Source: a virus
Lineage: Duplodnaviria; Caudoviricetes
IMG/VR virus record: IMGVR_UViG_3300028196_000079
Span: 1-25,393 of that record
Length of the DNA: 25,393 nt
Reading direction: 5' to 3' (one strand)
Shown: positions 18,661-25,393 of the stretch, in pieces
Numbering within the stretch: position 1 is the first letter of the stretch
Layout of the letters: every line of letters starts with the position of its first letter
Made by a program: the position numbers and the translations under genes
Notes under the pieces: model-generated
What the model was told of the DNA's origin: nothing
Database searches by the model: none
What the model saw: only the letters and a program-made list of their open reading frames with translations

Positions 18661-18701
18661 TAATAGAGATAACATAATTAAAATCTACTAAGGAGAAAAA
18701 A

Positions 18702-20051
18702 ATGCACGACTTTAATGAAAATCATATTCAGGAGTTGAAAGAAAAGTGGAAGCCAGTGCTTGAGCATCCTGATCAAGCTGAAATTACTGATCCATACAGA
18801 AAAGCGGTAACTGCCGTTCTTTTGGAAAATACTGAAAACGCTACTCGTCAAGAAAACGCAATGGGCCGTGAGTCTATGAGTGTTCTTAACGAAGCACCAG
18901 CAAACGTTGCACCAACTGCAGCTGCATCTGGAAATCTTCAGTATTCTGACCCTGTTGTAATCTCAATGATTCGCAGAACAATGCCACAATTGATGGCATA
19001 TGAACTCGTAGGCGTTCAGCCAATGACTGGCCCAACAGGCTTGATCTTTGCAATGCGCTCACGTTATACATCACAAACTGGTACAGAAGCATTCTTCAAC
19101 GAAGCTAACACAGTACATTCTGGTGATGATGCTACATCACACGCTGGAACAGATCCATTTGCAGGCGCGGTTATTGCTTCTAACGCATTGGATGAGTCAG
19201 GTTCAACATATGCAACTGGTGGCCCAGGCTCAACAGCTGAGGGTGAAAAGTTGGGTGATGGTTCCGCGATGACTTCAGACGGACACTTCAACCAAATGGC
19301 ATTCTCAATTGAGAGAGTTTCAGTAACTGCAAAAACCAGAGCGTTGAAAGCAGAATACACAATGGAACTTTCACAAGACTTGAAAGCTGTCCATGGTCTA
19401 GATGCAGAATCAGAATTGTCAACAATTCTTTCTACAGAGATCACTGCAGAAATCAACCGCGAAGTTCTTAGAACTCTTTATGCACAAGCAAAACTTGGCG
19501 CACAAACACAAGTAACAAACACAGGTATCTTTGACTTGACAACAGACGCAGACGGTCGTTGGTCAGTTGAGAAGTACAAAGGACTTATGTTCCACATCGA
19601 GCGTGAAGCAAACCTTATTGCTAAAGAAACACGTAGAGGAAAAGCGAACACAATCGTATGTTCTTCTGATGTTGCTTCAGCACTTGCAATGTCTGGTGTA
19701 CTTGATTACAACCCACAAATGGATACAGCTTTGACTGTAGACGATACTGGCCAAACATTCGCTGGTGTACTTAACAAGAAATATAAAGTCTTCATCGACC
19801 CTTATTTCTCAGCAGCAGGCGCATATGACTTTGCAATGGTTGGCTATCGTGGTAATTCACCATACGATGCTGGTTATTTCTATTGCCCATATGTACCAAT
19901 GCAAATGGTACGCGCTGTTGGCGAAAACACATTCCAACCAAAAATCGGTTTCAAAACACGCTACGGCATGGTTGCAAACCCATTTGCTGGTGGAGCACGT
20001 GCCAACCAGTATTACAGAATCTTTAGAGTGGACAACATCAACTCTATCTAA
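18702..20051 (+). CDS. g23: Major capsid protein gp23
   Basis: KWKPVLEH, DPVVISMIRR..P.L.AY...GVQPMTGPTGLIFAMRSRY, VTAKTRALKAEYT.EL.QDLKAVHGLDAE.EL, YCPYVP and FQPKIGFKTRYG. Confidence 0.98.
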   Translation: MHDFNENHIQELKEKWKPVLEHPDQAEITDPYRKAVTAVLLENTENATRQENAMGRESMSVLNEAPANVAPTAAASGNLQYSDPVVISMIRRTMPQLMAYELVGVQPMTGPTGLIFAMRSRYTSQTGTEAFFNEANTVHSGDDATSHAGTDPFAGAVIASNALDESGSTYATGGPGSTAEGEKLGDGSAMTSDGHFNQMAFSIERVSVTAKTRALKAEYTMELSQDLKAVHGLDAESELSTILSTEITAEINREVLRTLYAQAKLGAQTQVTNTGIFDLTTDADGRWSVEKYKGLMFHIEREANLIAKETRRGKANTIVCSSDVASALAMSGVLDYNPQMDTALTVDDTGQTFAGVLNKKYKVFIDPYFSAAGAYDFAMVGYRGNSPYDAGYFYCPYVPMQMVRAVGENTFQPKIGFKTRYGMVANPFAGGARANQYYRIFRVDNINSI

Positions 20052-20090
20052 TCTGCTAGATAACAATAATAATAAAAAACGCAGAAATTT

Positions 20091-20116
20091 GGGGGGTTTA
20101 ATACCCCCCTTTTTTT
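20091..20116 (+). terminator. Intrinsic (rho-independent) terminator after g23
   Basis: GGGGGGT-TTAAT-ACCCCCC stem-loop followed by TTTTTTT. Confidence 0.9.
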
Positions 20117-20119
20117 ATG

Positions 20120-20127
20120 ACTAAATA
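20120..20127 (+). promoter_or_regulatory. Probable variant late promoter (ACTAAATA) for g3-uvsY-uvsW
   Basis: TAAATA core directly after the terminator and 23 nt before the GTG start. The terminator implies that g3 needs a new promoter here. Confidence 0.6.
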
Positions 20128-20150
20128 GTAGGTAACAAGGAGAATATATT

Positions 20151-20663
20151 GTGGACGTAAGTACTCAAAATCCAAATTATCTAAACACCCAGACGTTTAG
20201 TTTTTCTACTAATACATGTCCATCTCTTACAGATTATGTTCAGTCTGTAAGCATTCCTGGCGTGACATTGGGAGAAGCCGCAGTAGAGACACCATTTGTA
20301 AAAAGACCAGAGCCAGGCGATAAACTGATATATTCAGTATTGTCTGTTGGATTTCTAGTAGACGAAGAAATGAAAAATTGGTTAGAAATTTACAATTGGC
20401 TTACTGCATTAGGATTTCCAGACAACTTTCAACAATATGGGAATTTTACCAATGCAAAACGACTTGCATTGACGGATGTGTTTTCAGATCTGATTCTACT
20501 CATATATAATAATCAATCGATACCTATCCTAAAATTTACATTTAAAGATGCATTTCCTATAGCAGTAGGAGATTTACCTCTTTCTTCTGCAGAGACAGGA
20601 AGTGTCGCACCTCTTTCTACTGCTGACTTTATGTACAGAAGTTATGATATTGAAACTTTATAA
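20151..20663 (+). CDS. g3: Tail completion / tube terminator protein gp3
   Basis: NPNYL....F.F, QSVSIPGVTLG, PGDKL.Y..L...FLVDEEMKNW.EIYNW and F.DAFP. GTG start with AAGGAG SD. Confidence 0.9.
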   Translation: MDVSTQNPNYLNTQTFSFSTNTCPSLTDYVQSVSIPGVTLGEAAVETPFVKRPEPGDKLIYSVLSVGFLVDEEMKNWLEIYNWLTALGFPDNFQQYGNFTNAKRLALTDVFSDLILLIYNNQSIPILKFTFKDAFPIAVGDLPLSSAETGSVAPLSTADFMYRSYDIETL

Positions 20664-20681
20664 TACTACGTGGAGAACATT

Positions 20682-21137
20682 ATGGACGAAAAGTATTCGG
20701 TTAAACTGGCTGAATTGACTCAAGAATCTGAAAAAGATATAAAGATAGATTTTCTAAAATTAACAGAAGAACTCGCTCACAATCAAAACTTGATTGGGAA
20801 ATGGATGACTTATCAGCAGGTTTGGGAAACAAAATATCAATTCTTAGATTTAGAGTATAGACAGTTATTGGCATCCAAGACAAAATACTATACTGGTAAA
20901 ATGTCAGAAGATGAAATTATTTCCAAGGGTTGGGGAATAGAAGGTACTAAAATACTCAAGGCAGATCTCAATATTTGGGTAGATGATGATAATGATATGA
21001 TTAAAGCAAAGAAGAAAATGTTAATATTGAAGCAAATCATTACTATAATTGATAAGACAATAGATATTCTGGTCGATCAGAAAAAATGGACAATCAAGAA
21101 TTTCATAGACTATAAGAAGTGGCTTGAAGGAAATTAA
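20682..21137 (+). CDS. uvsY: Recombination mediator UvsY
   Basis: D.KID, K.KYYTGK, ILKAD...W.D.D and W.IKN.IDY.K. Lies between g3 and uvsW. Start moved from GTG 20670 to ATG 20682 because GGAG at 20672-20675 is properly spaced for it. Confidence 0.85.
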   Translation: MDEKYSVKLAELTQESEKDIKIDFLKLTEELAHNQNLIGKWMTYQQVWETKYQFLDLEYRQLLASKTKYYTGKMSEDEIISKGWGIEGTKILKADLNIWVDDDNDMIKAKKKMLILKQIITIIDKTIDILVDQKKWTIKNFIDYKKWLEGN

Positions 21138-22627
21138 TGAGTAAATTTTATGTTTCTAAATTAAATGAAGTCTATGTGCAAGTAGACTCGCCAGAACTTT
21201 TTATGTTGAAAGAGCTTGTAGATTATTTTACATTCAAAGTGCCTGGCGCTGAATTTATGCCGTCGTATAAAAACAAATATTGGGATGGAAAGATTAGACT
21301 TTTCAATCCTATGAACTGCAAGTTATATCTAGGGCTAGTAAGTCAGTTAAAATTCTTCTGTGAAAAAAATGATTATGAAATAGTATATGATGAAGATTTA
21401 AAAGACCAAGAATTTACTCCAAAAGATTTAGAATCTTTGGCCAAGTATATAAATCCGCACAGTCAAGGCAAACCAATCTCTTATAGAGATTATCAACTAG
21501 ACGCCATATATCACGCCATCAAAAAGAACAGAACTCTTTTGCTATCGCCCACAGCATCAGGCAAATCTTTAATCATATATACACTAGTTCGCTTTTATAA
21601 TATGCACCCAGAAGTGAAAAACAAGAAAATATTAATAATCGTTCCTACAACATCACTAGTTGCTCAGATGTATGGCGACTTCAAAGATTATGGATGGAAC
21701 GTAGAAAAATACTGTCATAAGATTTTTGCAGGGCAAGATAAACATTCAGATAAGAAAGTTATCATTTCCACGTGGCAGTCTATATACAAAATGCCAAGAG
21801 AATATTGGGATCAGTTTGGAGTAGTTATTGGAGATGAGTGTCATTTATTCAAAGCAAACTCTCTCAATAAAATTATGGACAGATTAACTGACTGCAGATT
21901 TAGATTCGGAACAACTGGAACATTAGATGGAACAAAGACGCACAAGCTTGTATTGACAGGAATGTTTGGCGAAGCAAAACAGGTTACATCTACTAGAAAG
22001 TTGATTGACAATAAAACTCTTGCCGATTTTAAGATTCAATGTTTAGTTTTAAAATATTCTGAAGAAACTTGCAAAGAAATTAAAAAGATGAAATATGCTG
22101 ATGAGGTAGAATATATCGTCACTAATCCAAGGAGAAATGAATTTATTAAAAACTTGACATTAGACTTAAAAGGTAATACACTAGTACTTTACAATTTTGT
22201 AGAGAAACATGGAATTCCATTACATAAGTTAATATCAGATCACGCACAAGAAGGTAGAAAAGTTTTCTTCGTATCTGGTGGAGTTGATACAGAAACCAGA
22301 GAGGCAATCCGAGCCACAACAGAAACCGAAGACAATGCAATTATTGTCGCTTCATATGGAACCTTTTCAACAGGCATAAATATAAGGAACTTGCATAATG
22401 TTGTATTCACTTCTCCTTCTAAAAGTAGGATAAGAAACTTACAGTCTATTGGTAGAGGATTAAGAAAGGGAAATAACAAAACTTCAGCTATCTTATATGA
22501 TATCGCAGATGATATGAGACATAAGAATTATATGAATTTTGCTATACGGCATTTTTATGAACGCATAAATATTTACAATGAAGAGAAGTTTTCTTTTAAA
22601 ATTAATGAACTCAAACTTTACGGTTAG
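21137..22627 (+). CDS. uvsW: SF2 DNA helicase UvsW
   Basis: FTF.VPGA.FMP.Y....WDGKIRLF, RDYQ, Walker A SPTASGKS, DECH, GTTGTL, ASYGTFSTGINIRNLHN and LQSIGRGLR. Confidence 0.97.
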   Translation: MSKFYVSKLNEVYVQVDSPELFMLKELVDYFTFKVPGAEFMPSYKNKYWDGKIRLFNPMNCKLYLGLVSQLKFFCEKNDYEIVYDEDLKDQEFTPKDLESLAKYINPHSQGKPISYRDYQLDAIYHAIKKNRTLLLSPTASGKSLIIYTLVRFYNMHPEVKNKKILIIVPTTSLVAQMYGDFKDYGWNVEKYCHKIFAGQDKHSDKKVIISTWQSIYKMPREYWDQFGVVIGDECHLFKANSLNKIMDRLTDCRFRFGTTGTLDGTKTHKLVLTGMFGEAKQVTSTRKLIDNKTLADFKIQCLVLKYSEETCKEIKKMKYADEVEYIVTNPRRNEFIKNLTLDLKGNTLVLYNFVEKHGIPLHKLISDHAQEGRKVFFVSGGVDTETREAIRATTETEDNAIIVASYGTFSTGINIRNLHNVVFTSPSKSRIRNLQSIGRGLRKGNNKTSAILYDIADDMRHKNYMNFAIRHFYERINIYNEEKFSFKINELKLYG

Positions 22628-22635
22628 GAAAATAC

Positions 22636-23046
22636 ATGAACGACTTTAAACTTTTAAGACTTACAACAAAAGAAGTTATTATATGTAAAGCCTATGCGAA
22701 TGAAAAAGATAAAAACAAAGTAGTATTGCACGACCCCTTTGAAATCAAATCGTTTATGAATCCCAGTACTGGAGATTTTAATTCTACACTAATAGATTGG
22801 TTGCAATATAGCTCAGATAGTTTCGTTGAGATTGAGGCGTTCAATGTCTTAACGATCAGCACTCCTGCTTCTGATATCATAGATCATTACGAAAAGATAT
22901 TGAAAAGAAGAGAGGCTCTGCTCGAAGAGGGCGCAGAAGAATTCAATCAGACAAACGCTCCAGCCGCAACAGACATAGAAGAAGACGGAGAGTATTCTAT
23001 TGAAGACATGATGAAGATGTTAGGTAATAATAAAGTATATCATTAA
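22636..23046 (+). CDS. Hypothetical protein between uvsW and g55, possibly with a small Sm/SH3-like beta-barrel N-terminus
   Basis: 136 aa with AGGA SD. N-terminal pattern KLLRLTTKEVIIC...VVLHDPF and an acidic tail. The fold is an inference. Confidence 0.7.
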   Translation: MNDFKLLRLTTKEVIICKAYANEKDKNKVVLHDPFEIKSFMNPSTGDFNSTLIDWLQYSSDSFVEIEAFNVLTISTPASDIIDHYEKILKRREALLEEGAEEFNQTNAPAATDIEEDGEYSIEDMMKMLGNNKVYH

Positions 23047-23060
23047 GGGTCCACATACCC

Positions 23061-23089
23061 ATTGTAACAAAAGATTCGCACTCTGTCAA
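23061..23089 (-). promoter_or_regulatory. Sigma70-type promoter on the minus strand (antisense)
   Basis: The minus strand reads TTGACA (23089-23084), 17 nt, TACAAT (23066-23061). Confidence 0.65.
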
Positions 23090-23112
23090 TAAGAAAAAAT
23101 AATTATTTTGTA

Positions 23113-23141
23113 TTGACAGACAAATATTTTTATGATATTAT
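23113..23141 (+). promoter_or_regulatory. Sigma70-type early/middle promoter for g55-g47-g46
   Basis: TTGACA (23113-23118), 17 nt, TATTAT (23136-23141), with an extended -10 TG at 23133-23134. AT-rich UP-like tract upstream and GAGG SD before ATG 23168. Confidence 0.85.
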
Positions 23142-23167
23142 CTATGTAATTGAATTGAGGAATTAAT

Positions 23168-23713
23168 ATGGCTAAAAAACCAACAAGAAATCACTATGTA
23201 GACAACAAAAAGTTGTTAGTAGAGATGACCAAGTATAAAGAGTCAGTAGAGACTGCAAAAGCATCAGATACAGAACGACCTAGAGTACCTAACTACATAG
23301 GGGAATGTATCATGAAGATTGCACAACATCTCTCATACAAACCCAATTTTATCAACTATACATATAAAGAAGAAATGATCTCAGATGGTATTGAGAATTG
23401 TCTTTTATACATTGATAATTTCAACCCAGAGAAATCTAAGAATCCATTTGCATATTTTACGCAGATTATCTATTATGCCTTCATCCGAAGGATACAGAAA
23501 GAGAAAAAGCAGACATATGTTAAGTATAAGGCCTTGGAGAATCAAGAACTGATTGACGAAATCATGCAAGGCCCTAACGGCACTCCTGTGAAGAATAATT
23601 TTATGGAATTCTTGCAGAGTAATATGGATGATTTTCTTGCAGATTTTGAAGAGACTCAACGAAAGAAAAAAGAGAAAGCAAAAGAGAAAAGAGACAACAA
23701 GGAACCTTCATGA
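23168..23713 (+). CDS. g55: Late-transcription sigma factor gp55
   Basis: HYVDNK, P.VPNYIGECIMKIA..LS.KPNF.NYTYKEEMISDGIENC, NF.PEKSKNPFAYFTQI.YYAF.RRI.KEKKQ. Confidence 0.97.
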   Translation: MAKKPTRNHYVDNKKLLVEMTKYKESVETAKASDTERPRVPNYIGECIMKIAQHLSYKPNFINYTYKEEMISDGIENCLLYIDNFNPEKSKNPFAYFTQIIYYAFIRRIQKEKKQTYVKYKALENQELIDEIMQGPNGTPVKNNFMEFLQSNMDDFLADFEETQRKKKEKAKEKRDNKEPS

Positions 23714-24732
23714 AAATTGCCCTAATAACTGACACTCATTTTGGGGCAAGGGGAGACTCTGCTTTATTTCATGAGTATTTTATGAAATTCTATGATAATA
23801 TCTTTTTTCCATATCTAGAAGAAAATGAAATAACCACTGTAATTCATCTTGGAGATGTTACTGATCGACGCAAGTTTATCAATTATAACATTTTGGATGG
23901 ATTGAAGATTGGCTTTATAGAGAAGATGCGTAAGTATGACACTCATTTTATTGTTGGTAATCATGATGTGTATTATAAGAACACAAACCGTATTAACTCT
24001 ATGGAACAGCTTTTCGGTGATGATTTCAAGGTTTATACAGAAGCCACTACTATTAATACTGGTGGGATTGATGTGTGTCTTGTTCCTTGGATAAATTCTG
24101 ATAATTTAAACCAAACTACCAAACATCTGAAAAAAACAAAAGCAACTGTTGCTCTAGGACATCTGGAGTTGAATGGATTTGAAATGATGCGTGGTATCAA
24201 GTGTGAAGCTGGTATGGATATTAAATTGTTTAAGAAGTTTGATTTAACTTGTTCTGGACATTTTCATACAAAATCAAATCAAGGTAATATTCATTATTTG
24301 GGTTCTCCATATGAAATGTACTGGAATGACTGTAATGATGCCAAAGGATTTCATATTTTAGATACAGAAACTTTAGAACTAGACTTTATCAAGAATCCTC
24401 ATCAATTGTTTCATAAAATCTTTTATGACGAAACTAGAGAATATAAACTTTCCTCATTTGCTAACAAATACATTAAAGTTGTCGTTACAAATAAAACAGA
24501 TCAGTATAAGTTTGATGTGTTTGTGGATTCTTTATATAAGGCCGGTGTAGCAGATTTGTCCATTGTGGATGAAACTGATTTTGAGTTTGAAGAGCAAAGT
24601 GATGTGGATACTACAAAGGATACTATGTCTTTACTTACTAGTTACATCGACAATTATGAAATTGATGTAGATAAAAATAAATTGAAAAGCATTATGCAAG
24701 ACTTGTATGTCTCTGCTATGCGAGGTGAATAA
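23710..24732 (+). CDS. g47: Recombination endonuclease subunit gp47 (Mre11/SbcD-like)
   Basis: Metallophosphoesterase motifs DTHFG, HLGD, GNHD, GHLE and SGHFH; YLGSPY. Confidence 0.96.
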   Translation: MKIALITDTHFGARGDSALFHEYFMKFYDNIFFPYLEENEITTVIHLGDVTDRRKFINYNILDGLKIGFIEKMRKYDTHFIVGNHDVYYKNTNRINSMEQLFGDDFKVYTEATTINTGGIDVCLVPWINSDNLNQTTKHLKKTKATVALGHLELNGFEMMRGIKCEAGMDIKLFKKFDLTCSGHFHTKSNQGNIHYLGSPYEMYWNDCNDAKGFHILDTETLELDFIKNPHQLFHKIFYDETREYKLSSFANKYIKVVVTNKTDQYKFDVFVDSLYKAGVADLSIVDETDFEFEEQSDVDTTKDTMSLLTSYIDNYEIDVDKNKLKSIMQDLYVSAMRGE

Positions 24733-25393
24733 TGATAGAATTTCAGACAATCAAGTGGAAGAATTTTCTTTCCACTGGTAATTACTTTACAGAAGTGCAG
24801 CTTAACAAATCATCATCTACATTGATTGTAGGTGAGAATGGTGCTGGTAAATCTACAATATTAGATGCATTGACATTTGGATTATTTGGAAAATCTTTTA
24901 GAAAGATCAACAAACCTCAGCTAGTCAACTCTATTAACAGTAAAGATACGGTAATTGAAATTACTTTTACTATTGGTAAAAAGAACTATCTTGTCCGCCG
25001 CGGAATCAAACCAAATATTTTTGAAATATGGGTAGATGGTAAGATGTTGGATCAAGACTCTAAGATTAGAGACAGCCAATTATACCTAGAAGAGACTATT
25101 CTCAAACTGAATTACAAATCCTTCACACAGACAGTAATATTAGGTAGTGCTACATTTGTTCCATTCATGCAACTATCTGCAAATGATAGAAGAGATATTA
25201 TTGAAGATATTTTAGATATTAAAATCTTTTCATCGATGAATGAGATTCTAAAGGCCAAGATGGCAATGATGAAAGAATCAATGTCTGACAATGAAAAGAA
25301 TAGAGAAGTACAAGACTACAAAATAGAATTGCAAGAAAGAAGTATCGAAGAGGCAAAATCTACCAAAAAAACTGCTATCAATACCTTTAAGAA
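24732..25393 (+). CDS. g46: Recombination endonuclease ATPase subunit gp46 (Rad50/SbcC-like), 5' part, runs off the window
   Basis: Not in the ORF track. ATG 24732 (TAATG overlap) reads MIEFQTIKWKNFLSTGN..., with Walker A GENGAGKSTILDAL and later LKLNYKSFTQTVILGSATFVPFMQL. Confidence 0.95.
   Translation, partial: MIEFQTIKWKNFLSTGNYFTEVQLNKSSSTLIVGENGAGKSTILDALTFGLFGKSFRKINKPQLVNSINSKDTVIEITFTIGKKNYLVRRGIKPNIFEIWVDGKMLDQDSKIRDSQLYLEETILKLNYKSFTQTVILGSATFVPFMQLSANDRRDIIEDILDIKIFSSMNEILKAKMAMMKESMSDNEKNREVQDYKIELQERSIEEAKSTKKTAINTFK

Noticed and set aside
20659-20664. TATAAT just upstream of uvsY as a sigma70 promoter
   Set aside because: No recognisable -35 at 16-18 nt spacing and no extended -10 TG. 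It overlaps the g3 stop codon in AT-rich sequence.
7601-22571. Intragenic NATAAATA variants (e.g. CATAAATA at 7601, 10814 and 22564)
   Set aside because: These are imperfect matches inside coding sequence and are expected by chance in AT-rich DNA. They cannot be supported without TSS data.
22692-22880. 62-aa minus-strand ORF as the product of the leftward promoter
   Set aside because: It is fully antisense to the 136-aa gene and has no recognisable features. A non-coding antisense RNA is the simpler reading.
329-23659. Many 60-130 aa alternative-frame and antisense ORFs in the ORF track (e.g. 7274..7603, 11593..11946, 13849..14211, 14277..14660, 19064..19456, 19765..20124)
   Set aside because: They lie within or across well-supported genes and show no recognisable motifs. 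They are the expected shadows of codon bias.
1-25393. Stop-codon reassignment, tRNA genes or a CRISPR array
   Set aside because: All core genes are full length in the standard code and TAA, TGA and TAG all serve as stops. The largest intergenic gap is about 120 bp and is explained by promoters. No cloverleaf or repeat-spacer pattern was seen.

Overview
This is an AT-rich segment of a T4-like myovirus genome, with every credible gene on the + strand. It opens with three tandem paralogous fibre/adhesin-like genes sharing an N-terminal MAINFP module: two carry three LamG-like lectin domains and one carries a fibrinogen-like domain. The core virion block follows (g13-14-15-16-17-18-19-20-67-68-21-22-23), then g3-uvsY-uvsW-hypothetical-g55-g47 and the start of g46. 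This order, with no g24 after g23, matches marine cyanophage/pelagiphage-type T4-like phages, but the host cannot be determined from this window. T4-type late promoters (TATAAATA) precede g13, g18, g19, g22 and g23, and an intrinsic terminator follows g23. The main findings are: (1) a mirror-symmetric, back-to-back pair of sigma70-type promoters upstream of g55, one of which points antisense into the upstream genes; (2) signs of module shuffling in the adhesin array, including a perfect 66-bp repeat and an apparent deleted-gene scar; (3) a hairpin overlapping the g13 late promoter and ribosome-binding region; (4) a 1050-aa tail sheath with an insertion of about 450 aa. I saw no RNA genes, CRISPR arrays, introns or mobile elements. 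All calls rest on motif recognition and synteny; no database searches were run.
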